Source of the DNA: Octopus sinensis
Taxonomy: Eukaryota
Reading direction: 5' to 3'
Assembly: GCF_006345805.1 (NCBI RefSeq)
Contig: NW_021824823.1
Location: 1 to 17,216, forward strand
Length of the DNA stretch: 17,216 nucleotides
Position 1 is the first letter of the stretch. Every line of letters starts with the position of its first letter. Both the position numbers and the translations under genes were made by a program. Below, one piece after another: positions 7,613 to 17,216 of the stretch. The notes under the pieces were generated by a model. The model was not told where the DNA came from. It searched no databases and saw only the letters and a list, made by a program, of their open reading frames with translations.

Positions 7613-8168
7613 TACATATATACATACATATATATATTATTTGTGTGTTTACATAACTAATAATATAATAAATAAATATGTATATATGTGTATATATAAG
7701 TTTATAGGCACTGCAACGCAAGCAGCTTAGCTTCTTAAGTAGCTGTGCATGGAATTTCAAAAGAAAAGATGGCGAAGTTTATTTTGTAGATTAGTTTCAG
7801 TCGAAGGAAGTGTGATGGTATGACTAATTGAGATGTGGATTATGATAAAATTGATATTGGCAGAATTAACAGCAGGCCTTAATTAGTCGGCGGCAAATAG
7901 GAGGATTTTATATTACAAACACAATCTGTTGATAAAGTATTAGGGCCTGCGTTGAATGTTTGGAGCGTTTGGCTGACATCTTCATTGTGTTGCACACAGG
8001 AAAATCATACTGCCACGTGACTTTAGCTGAAAAACAAAGCTTGATGCGACTTAGTAAATAATCCATTTAACAAAAGGACGTGTTATAAACTATAGTATGT
8101 ATTGCTATCATTTTATTGTATTTTGTTTTCATTAGGAATCAATGAATGAGCGAATGAATGAATGAAAA

Positions 8169-8542
8169 GGCAAAACCGTGGGCATGTGGTTAAGAAGCTT
8201 GCTTCCGAAACAAATGGTATGATTCTGGGTTCACTCCCAATGCGCTGCACCTTTGGCAAATGTCTTCTACTATAGCCGTGGGCCAGCCAAAGCCTTGTAA
8301 GTGCATTTGGTTGACGGAAAATGAACGAAACCCGCCTTACGCATATATATGTGGAGGGATGTGTGTGTGTGTGTGTCCAATTAACTTAGCAGTAGTTCGG
8401 CAAGAGAGACCGATAGAGTAAGCAATAGGCTTAAAAAATCAAGCGTTGGCATCGTTTTGTATGACTAAAATCTTTCAATCGGTGACCTAGCATGGCCGTA
8501 GTCCAAAATCTGAAATAAAGACAAGATGAGAAAGTAAAAGAT
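8169..8542 (+). mobile_element. Old, diverged near-full-length copy of the bipartite SINE
   Basis: Head atgtggttaagaagcttgcttcc...ctgggttcactccc...tgtcttctactatagcc, central (TG)n, tail gttcggcaagagagaccgatag...agcatggccgtagtc. Confidence 0.8.
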
Positions 8543-8794
8543 AATGTGAACTTTTTATGAAATTTCTCGACAATCCTTCCAAAGATCAATTTACTATTTC
8601 TGTTGGGCCATTCCCATGGAAGTTAAGCCAGAACACGTTTCCAAAATTCCTTTAGAATGCCCATAAAAATCAAACGTTACCGTAAAAAATAAATCAAAAC
8701 AATTCTTGTAAATGTACAGAATTTTCTGCTTTTCGTATTGAAAATATATAATACAGACACTCGGAATAGAATGTACTGTACTACTTCCCAGTAA

Positions 8795-8936
8795 CAAAAC
8801 AGTTCGGCAGACAAAATGAATAGAATAAATACCAAATTTAAAACAAAATATGTACTGGCGACCATTCGTTTGTTTAATAATCTTCAAGTCCGTGCCCCAG
8901 CATCGCAGCAGTCTAATGGCTGAAACAAGTAAAATA
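8795..8936 (+). mobile_element. Tail-only, diverged fragment of the bipartite SINE
   Basis: cagttcggcagacaaaatgaatagaataaatacc...gtgccccagcatcgcagcagtctaatggctgaaacaagtaaaa aligns with 9920-10045. Confidence 0.7.
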
Positions 8937-9164
8937 TATATATACATACATGTGTGTGTGTATGTGTGTGTGTGTGTGTGTGTGTGTACACACACATATA
9001 GCTGATAGATTAAAAATTAAAGCTTTTGGGAGAGGGGCTGCCATCGCCTGTATTATTGATTCTGTTATCATCATTTTAAAATTGTTACACTAGATAGTAA
9101 AAGAGTCAATGATATCTACGCAAATATTTCCTCCTCCTGAATTTTTGCTCCGTATTGAAATTAC

Positions 9165-9287
9165 ACATATATATATATAATACTACTATTATATGTATAT
9201 ATATATATATATAATAATATATATATAATATAATATATATATATATATATATACCACATACAAGTACATGTAAACACACACCCACAC

Positions 9288-9330
<43 letters not shown>

Positions 9331-9366
9331 TATATACATATATATATTGCATGTACTCTAAATATA

Positions 9367-9402
<36 letters not shown>
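9165..9402. repeat. (TA)n-rich microsatellite block
   Basis: Directly visible. Confidence 0.95.
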
Positions 9403-9405
<3 letters not shown>

Positions 9406-9654
9406 AAGAGTGATTTTAATGATTTCAGTAACTTATATTAAGATTTTTATAATTGTATTCTTATCTTATATGTATTGAATTGTAATGTATATATATGTTT
9501 TATCTTCTCGTTTTTGTTAAATGAATAAATTTAACTTTTTAATATCCGAAAGCTAATGAACCAACTAAATTGTTTCTCCTTCTATGTTTCTTATTTGTAT
9601 TATATATATCATTAATCAGTATGTATGTATGCATTATGTATGTATGAATGAGTA

Positions 9655-10054
9655 GTAGGAGTGGCTATGTGGTAAGTAGCTTGCTAACCAACCACTTGGT
9701 TCCGGGTTCAGTCCCACTGCGTGGCATCTTGGGCAAGTGTCTTCTGCTATAGCCCCGGGCCGACCAATGCCTTGTGAGGGGATTTGGTGGACGGAAACTG
9801 AAAGAAGCCTGTCGTATATATGTATATATATATATGTATGTGTGTGTTTGTGTGTCTGTGTTTGTCCCCCTAGCATTGATTGACAACCGATGCTGGTGTG
9901 TTTACGTCCCCGTCACTTAGCGGTTCGGCAAAAGAGACCGATAGAATAAGTACTGGGCTTGCAAAGAATAAGTCCCGGGGTCGATTTGCTCGACTAAAGG
10001 CGGTGCTCCAGCATGGCCGCAGTGAAATGACTGAAACAAGTAAAAAAGAAAAAG
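9655..10054 (+). mobile_element. Young full-length bipartite tRNA-derived SINE, ~400 bp, possibly the octopus OK family
   Basis: tRNA-like head ggagtggctatgtggtaag...ggttccgggttcagtccc, CORE-like ttgggcaagtgtcttc, central (TA)(TG) microsatellite, tail ending gcatggccgcagtgaaatgactgaaacaagtaaaa. The family name is from memory and unverified. Confidence 0.9.
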
Positions 10055-10526
10055 TACAAGATATGGATTCAGAGAATCGAGTGTCTATCGCGGAAAGGTC
10101 CTCTTGCAACTACCATTTATCATAATAATCAATTACAAAAAGGTTTAATGTAGAGCGTCCACATAACGTAACATCCAGAAGATCCGATCCACGAAGATAT
10201 TTCATGAGGAGTATTTAAACCATAAATTCGTTTGGCCGCCTACATTATGTGGTATTATTTTCAGTATGAAATAAATTATGCGTACATGTTTACATTGATA
10301 TGTATGCTCAGCATTATATAATGCAATATTATATTCACAAATGCAAATAAAGTAAGCTAGCTCATCAGATCACTGGAACGTCGTAGACACATCAACAATT
10401 CAACTCTAAATATACACTCAAAATTTAATATATGCAATATATGGAAGGCCGAAACTAGTCGAAATTAGGTTGATTTGTTCAGTAAAAGAGAAGATGTATT
10501 CTTTCATATGAATTAAGTTAAAGAGC

Positions 10527-10675
10527 TTGCGGTTCCCAACCACGATCCATATGACCCTGGTGTGTCCATATAAGATTTTAATAAATTTTTATATCAAATG
10601 TCTATGAAAGTTCAGTGGCGATAATTAATTTTGAATCAAAGCGGTTCATAAGTAAAAAATGGTTGAGAACCACTG
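10527..10675. mobile_element. hAT (Charlie-like) MITE, ~150 bp
   Basis: Right TIR ggttgagaaccactg (10661-10675) matches the Charlie/MER20-type end. Left end ttgcggttcccaacc is an 11/15 match to its reverse complement. The 8-bp TSD is only weakly recognisable. Confidence 0.6.
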
Positions 10676-11975
10676 GTAGACAGGGACAGACAATCCTCCA
10701 GAAAATAAAAACACAAAAACAACAAAAAATAGTTTTCAATACAGATTTTCAAGCACTAAATTATGTAGCTTACTTTCAAGGAACGGTTGGTAAAGATTTC
10801 TCTGCACCTATTAATTTTAATGAACTTTTATTTCGGAGACACCGGAATGTTTTTTTCCTATATAAGAAAGGAGAGAACTTTATCACATTTCTGGGTCTAT
10901 TCGTTGATTATGAATGTGAGATATTTTCTTTGAAGCTGCAATCCTCCTGGTCCCTTTGTAGTAAGTAAGCACCCAATCGAAAATCTCTTTAAGAGAGGAA
11001 ATGTTAGAAATTGTTATACTAATATTAGACACAAGAATTTTAATGACGAGAGGTAGTATTGCTTTTCTATGTATCTGAAATTTTCGTTTGCTTTATGAAA
11101 CTGCTTGTCGTTAATGGAAACTAGTCTAGTGATACATCTAAAATGTTATGCTACTAGTTACAGTAATTTAAAGTTATGTGTTGTTAAAAACGGTTGTAAT
11201 ATCGTTTTGCTGAAGATGTGTATCTTGTTACTATCTCAGTTCTGTGATATAGCTAATCCAACGCCTCGGAACAAAATATAAATGGCGAAAGAAGTTAACA
11301 AAGTCATAGAATCTATAGACCGTCTAAGATCACATATGTCATCTCTGTCAGAATGTAGGGATTTACATGCATGTACGATTACCCGAATGCCTATTTCATC
11401 AGTGATGACCTATCTGCAGGTGACCAATATAACATTGTATAGTATCACGTAAGTATCACGATATCGATGGCTACAAACCCACTACTTCAATAACCACAAA
11501 TTTATCACAAGACTTAACACTAATACCTATAAAACATGAGCTAATTTCGTAACTATTCATCCAGTATCGGCGCTCATTTACCTTACCTTACTAAACTTGT
11601 TTAAATACTTTAAAATATATTGCTTGCACTGTTGTGACTGAGTTTATTATCATGTAATTAGTTTGTCATGAAGTGTGGCTAAAATTACAATGGCTTCCCA
11701 TTTCACTAGGGTTGTTATTCTCCACTTCTCGTCTTCTAGGCTTTCAATTGTATGTATTTAATAATTACTTTAAAATAGTTACTATCTACTTCCTATATAT
11801 ATTTATATCTTCGTTACAATATCCCGAATCAGGAGAAGAGAATACCCTATTAAATATAAAGCAGTTGTTTATCTTTGTATATGTAACGTAATAGTTTAGA
11901 AAAAAACCCATTTGTTTCATATCTATCCTGAACGAGACATCTCTTCAGTTTTTCTAAACTATTACGTTACACAAG

Positions 11976-12026
11976 CACACACACACACACACACATACAC
12001 ACACACACATACACACACACACACAT

Positions 12027-12075
<49 letters not shown>

Positions 12076-12108
12076 CATATGTATATGTATATAATCTCTA
12101 TATAAATG

Positions 12109-12140
<32 letters not shown>

Positions 12141-12262
12141 TGTATATATATATATATTATTATATATATGGATCTATGCGCACATATATACACATACATG
12201 GATATACACACGTATATATGAATATATGTATAATTATACATGCATACATACACACACACAGG

Positions 12263-12293
<31 letters not shown>

Positions 12294-12304
12294 ATATATA
12301 TATC
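11976..12304. repeat. Compound microsatellite (CA)n, (TA)n, (TATG)n, (TCTA)n
   Basis: Directly visible; source of ORFs 11912..12412. Confidence 0.95.
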
Positions 12305-12827
12305 GGTAATATATGTGTGTATAGGTATGTGTATATAGGTATATGTATGCAGCAAATCATGCATGTATGTATGGCTGCCTTGGTGTATGAATGCATATTT
12401 TTACATAATTAGGTCACACGCACACACACACGCACATGTAACACGCGCGCTCACACGCTCACACATACATTTACATACACACGCACAATTATATATATGT
12501 ATGTATAAACATAGACACACAAACATATATTATCTATGTATGATGAATTATATATTTACAAATTCATGCATATTTATATACATGCGTTATATCTACATAT
12601 TTGGTCGAAGTTTATATTACAGATTACATATATGCCGGCGTTTTTGTACTCAATATAAACGCTGACTCATTCTATAACGGACATATGCATAAACCTACAT
12701 ACATACATACATACGTACATATATGTGTGTGAATATATACGCACATCCATACTTGCATAAATACATAAATGCATGCATGTGTGTTTCTATATCCATCATA
12801 CATTGAATAATTTTATCATATTATTTC

Positions 12828-12859
<32 letters not shown>

Positions 12860-12863
12860 ATAT

Positions 12864-12895
12864 TAGTTATCGCCATACTAATATGGCGATAACTA
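12864..12895. repeat. Perfect 14-bp inverted repeat with a 4-nt loop
   Basis: tagttatcgccata-ctaa-tatggcgataacta. Confidence 0.95.
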
Positions 12896-12979
12896 TATTT
12901 TCCGGGAACGCTGCCGCTGTTCTCTTTTAGAGAGACTTAGTTATTTTAATATTTCTATTATATATAATATGTTATTCAC

Positions 12980-13314
12980 CTTACCAACGACAGAAAGAGG
13001 CATTAACGTTGCTGGTCCATCTTATATTTAGAGACGGAATCTTACTTATACACCATCCCTGTAACCTCTTGCTATATACATAAGAGTGTGCCTTGTGATT
13101 GTGATTATCTGTGAAATAAATTGCTTACTGTAATGTATTAGTGTATTAAATATTTAGTAATAACATCTAGTACATATTCTTTTGTGCCTTATATTTTAAC
13201 ACACTCATCGGTAAAATTTCCACTTATTTCTTACCAACGACAGAATTATGAAACAGCCATTTGCCTTGCTTGTCAATCTTATATTCACATGAAATCATAC
13301 TTTTACTTATACAC
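12980..13314. repeat. Imperfect direct repeat at a 250-bp offset (12980-13053 and 13230-13314)
   Basis: Exact 16-mer cttaccaacgacagaa at 12980 and 13230, followed in both copies by ttgct.gtc.atcttatatt and ttacttatacac. Confidence 0.8.
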
Positions 13315-13604
13315 AATAAAAATAAAAGCGCACTGACCCACACACATGCGCACAAACAAACAAAAAGGAACGCAGTGTAAATAATGGACAGAGTCAAGAC
13401 TATTCAAAAGGTTGCAAGACGCAACGAAAATTTTAGGAAAATAAAAATAATAAATAATTGGAAATGTTACCGGTGAGTGTGTTAAACTATAAGGCACAGA
13501 AAGAAAATGACTCTCCCCAGACACAACAGAATATGTTTCAACGCAGGAACTCACATAAAGAATCTTGCAAACCAAATCCAAAAATGAAATCTAGTACATA
13601 GATT

Positions 13605-13838
13605 ACTCTTACTCTCTTTTACTCTTTTACTTGTTCAGTCATTGACTGCGGCGGCATGCTGGAGCACCGCCGCCAGTCGTGCAAATCGACCCTGGGAATT
13701 TATTCTTTGTAAGCCAGCACTGGTATCGAGTCCTCTATCGGTCTCTTTGCTAAACCGCTAAGTGACGGGGACGTAAACACACCAGCATCGGTTGTCAAGC
13801 AATGCTAGGGGGACAAACACTGACACACAAACACACAC

Positions 13839-13884
<46 letters not shown>

Positions 13885-14046
13885 TACGACAGGCTTCTTT
13901 CAGTTTCCGTCATCCAAATCCACTCACAAGGCATTGGTCGGCCCGGGGCTATAGCAGAAGACACTTGCCCAAGATGCCACGCAGTGGGACTGAACCCGGA
14001 CCAAGTGGTTGGGTTAGCAAGCTACTTACCACACAGCCACTCCTGC
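13605..14046 (-). mobile_element. Young full-length copy of the bipartite SINE
   Basis: The reverse complement matches 9655-10054, with about 7 differences in the ~165-nt head by eye. Tail of (AGTAAAAG)-like repeats at 13605-13630. Confidence 0.92.
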
Positions 14047-14053
14047 AACTAAT

Positions 14054-14243
<190 letters not shown>

Positions 14244-14274
14244 GTTTTACCTGACTGTGCAGTACAATTTTGAT

Positions 14275-14518
14275 TCCAAGCATAATTCCGAGTTCAGTCC
14301 CATTGCATGCTAACTGGGAAATGTTTTCTGCTATAGTTTCGGGCTGACCAAGTCTTGTGAGTGGATTTCGTTGGCGGAAAATGAAAGAAGCTTCTTTGTT
14401 ATACTAGCCTTAAAAAAAAAAATAAATACTGCGATCGATTCATTCGACTAAAAATTATTGAAAGTGGTGCTCCAGCATGGCCGCAGTTTAATGACAGAAA
14501 CAAGTAAAGGATAAGAGA
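14275..14518 (+). mobile_element. Diverged bipartite SINE copy with a central deletion (head joined to distal tail)
   Basis: ttccgagttcagtccc...gaaagaagc (to ~14391) continues into gatcgattcattcgactaa...gtggtgctccagcatggccgcag...gaaacaagtaaa without the central microsatellite. Confidence 0.8.
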
Positions 14519-14554
14519 TATGCAGAAATGTTTCGATGTTTCATACTTTTCATT

Positions 14555-14588
<34 letters not shown>

Positions 14589-14713
14589 TGGAGGTGATGT
14601 TTATTCGTGGTGGAGTGTGTGTACATATGCATACATACATAACTGTGTGTGTGTTTACATATTTTTATCATTGAAAATATATAATATAAACACTCGGAAA
14701 ATAATGGCCTATA

Positions 14714-14872
14714 ATACGTCCCCATAATTTGGCGGTTCGGCAAAAGGATCGGATAAAATAAGTGACCGGGTTTAAAAGAATAAGCAGTAGGATCGATTCG
14801 TTTGACAAAAATTCCTCAAGCCAATGCCCCGGCATGGCCGCGGTTTGATCAGTGAAATGAGTAAACGATAAA
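14714..14872 (+). mobile_element. Tail-only fragment of the bipartite SINE
   Basis: tacgtccccataatttggcggttcggcaaaagg...ggcatggccgcgg...gaaatgagtaaac. Confidence 0.75.
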
Positions 14873-14926
14873 TATACATACATAGATATATTTATACATA
14901 CATACATATACATACATATATATATA

Positions 14927-15099
14927 TTCTTTTATTCTTTTACATGTTTCAGGCTTTTGACTGCAGCTATGCTGGAGCACAGCATTTAGTCGAACAAATT
15001 GACTCGAGGACTTCTTTGTAAACCTAGTACTTATTCTATCGGTCTCTTTTGTCGAACCGCTAGGTTACGGGGTCGTAAACACACTAGCATCGGTTGTCA
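14927..15099 (-). mobile_element. Tail-only fragment of the bipartite SINE
   Basis: ctatgctggagcac...gtacttattctatcggtctcttttgtcgaaccgctag...agcatcggttgtca, then directly (TA)n. Confidence 0.85.
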
Positions 15100-15106
15100 T
15101 ATATAT

Positions 15107-15143
<37 letters not shown>

Positions 15144-15319
15144 CTGTATTATATATAATCCGTAGATTGCAGGAACTTCATATATATATAAATTCGATAG
15201 TTTAGATAGATATTTACAAATCTATACACACCATACACTCAGACATATACACATAAACACATACATAATCATACGTAGGCATACATAGACACACATAACC
15301 ATACATACTTAAACATAGC

Positions 15320-15353
<34 letters not shown>

Positions 15354-15774
15354 CACACACACGCATATACATTTACAACTTTCTTAAATTTCGTTAGTAG
15401 CCTTTTGAAACGAAGACCTTATATTTAAGGTTCAACAAACAGCGTATTTGTGTAGCAAATTTGCCAACACATACTTAAGTTACCACAGAATTTCATCTTA
15501 CATTTTCGTGTGCTCCTAATGTTTTTCATCGAAGTCTTCTCATTTAAAAGGGACATAGGAGAAGAGAAATATCTGGAAGCAGCTATTTAACCCTGAACTT
15601 TGCCATGTGATCCGATCTAATAACGGATCAGTTGTTATTTAGATCAACCTCTCGGATTCTTTTGACTGGTTATTGCAGTGTATTTTAGGGAATATTCTTT
15701 TAATGAGCGTGAATATTTGTAATTCTCTCTCTATATTTCTCTCTTTCTACCCTCTCGCTCGCACTCACAGCCTC

Positions 15775-15815
<41 letters not shown>

Positions 15816-15833
15816 ATATATATATATATAATA

Positions 15834-15864
<31 letters not shown>

Positions 15865-15866
15865 TA
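15775..15866. repeat. (TA)n microsatellite
   Basis: Directly visible. Confidence 0.95.
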
Positions 15867-16345
15867 TACGGTATTTTATCCTTGATGCGATACACTTCAC
15901 GAAAATATTTTCAATGAGGTCCCATGGTCAGTAAAACAGTCCACAAATTCACCGTGTAAAACGAAGCAAGGACAGGTTAGAACATCATAACCCCCTTGCA
16001 AACACACATCCGTACTAATAGTATTCTATGAAGGATAAAATTATATCATGCACACACGTAAATATATAAATTTATAATATATATATATGTATGGATGTAT
16101 ATGTACAGATAGATATAGATATACAAGCATATATAACATATATATGTATATATGTGTATGTGTGTGTGTGTGTGGTGGGGGGTAGGTTGGGAGTGCGTAT
16201 AATTTTATGTAATATGAACGCATCCATAAAACTGTATATTTGTTAATGCATATTTTGTGATATACGAAACCTTTACGCTTGGATATCTGGATATGTGATA
16301 TTATTTATTGTCAGTCAGTCAGCAGTGCTGGGTTTTACATTTGCT

Positions 16346-16501
16346 TATGACGTGTATGTGTGTGCGCGCGTGAAAGAAGGAAAAGAGAGAGAAAGCGAAA
16401 GAGTGAGAGGGAGAGAGAGGGGGGAGCGCTTGTGTATGTGTGTGTGTTTTTGTGTATCTGTGTGTGTGTGTGACTGTGTGTCCGTGTGTGTCCGTGTGTG
16501 T
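16346..16501. repeat. (GT)n/(GA)n compound low-complexity tract
   Basis: Directly visible; source of the V/C-rich and H/T-rich ORFs. Confidence 0.85.
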
Positions 16502-16662
16502 CAGTAGCATTTATTTATTACAGTCCGCCCATGCGTGTGTCGCAGTTATTATGACAGTCGTATTTGTATTCCATTATGCATTTCTGGTAGCTGCTGTCGC
16601 TAACGTACATCCTATTGTAACTGCTGTAACTACAAATATGGCCGCCTTATTTTTCTTCCGCT

Positions 16663-16693
<31 letters not shown>

Positions 16694-16697
16694 TTTT
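16663..16697. repeat. (TTTA)n tetranucleotide microsatellite
   Basis: Directly visible. Confidence 0.95.
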
Positions 16698-16989
16698 ATT
16701 TTCTTCTCGTCTTTTGTCTTGCTGTCTGTGAAGGGGGGGGGGAGGAAGTCAAATGCCGAATCGGTTGAAGGAATTCAGACGATAAGGCAATATCAAGGTG
16801 AACGGACGGACTGCTGCTGTTTACGAAGGTTATACGATGTAGACAGAAGGAACTATATTACACAGGGAAACTAGCTTCGTGGCGTCTCCAGAAGATATAA
16901 AAGAAAAGAGGACAGCCTGAGTTCTCTACTAAAAATGGTCTTTACCATTTATATTTACAATTTTGGAGGCTACTCTTCTAGTAAATATG

Positions 16990-17066
16990 TGTATACATAC
17001 ATATATATATATATATATAATATATATATATACATACCACACAACACACATATATATTATACATAT

Positions 17067-17118
<52 letters not shown>
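16990..17118. repeat. (TA)n/(CA) microsatellite block
   Basis: Directly visible. Confidence 0.95.
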
Positions 17119-17123
<5 letters not shown>

Positions 17124-17216
17124 ATCGAAACAGTTGAACCCACAATTAATAACTTTAGAGATCGGTCAATAAAATTTGTTCAGTTACACCCTATCTCTCT
17201 TTTATCTTTCTCTCTC

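Noticed and set aside
9634-10125. Near-identical peptides at 9634-9886 and 13758-14052 (e.g. RPGAIAEDTCPRCHAVGL) suggesting a gene family
   Set aside because: They are translations of two copies of the same non-coding SINE.
10350-10390. Minus-strand CTGATGAG as a hammerhead core
   Set aside because: No stem II followed by GAAA downstream.
10769-10858. Minus-strand 84-nt exon (ctcctttcttatatag| ... |gtaagc)
   Set aside because: Stop codons in all three frames.
12980-13245. CRISPR-like repeat interpretation of the direct repeats
   Set aside because: Only two copies, 250 bp apart, in eukaryotic context with no cas genes.
16440-16874. 144-aa ORF, the longest outside pure TA repeats
   Set aside because: Built from (GT)n, (TTTA)n and poly-G low-complexity segments; no recognisable domain in the remainder.

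Overview
AT-rich, repeat-dominated eukaryotic DNA. It is most likely an octopus/coleoid cephalopod intron or intergenic region, inferred from my recollection of octopus tRNA-derived SINE families and from the extreme microsatellite load. No prokaryotic genes, rRNA, CRISPR arrays or intact long CDS are present, and almost all ORFs in the supplied track are microsatellite or SINE artefacts. Well supported: (i) at least four tRNA-headed SINE types, with about eight copies or fragments of a ~400 bp bipartite SINE; (ii) an internally deleted, stop-containing mariner (DD34D) transposon at 6488-7351, inserted into the central TA microsatellite of a SINE; (iii) a SINE nested in another SINE with a recognisable target-site duplication at 1354-1663; (iv) many compound microsatellites. 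Moderately supported: a small hAT-type MITE. Less certain: phase-compatible minus-strand exons in the first 1.1 kb, an unclassified ~1 kb element, and an unclassified hairpin plus 250-bp-offset repeat. I found no convincing evidence of a wholly new biological system. The best leads are the inverted SINE pairs (possible dsRNA/A-to-I editing substrates), module sharing between SINE families, the unclassified repeats and the candidate host gene.
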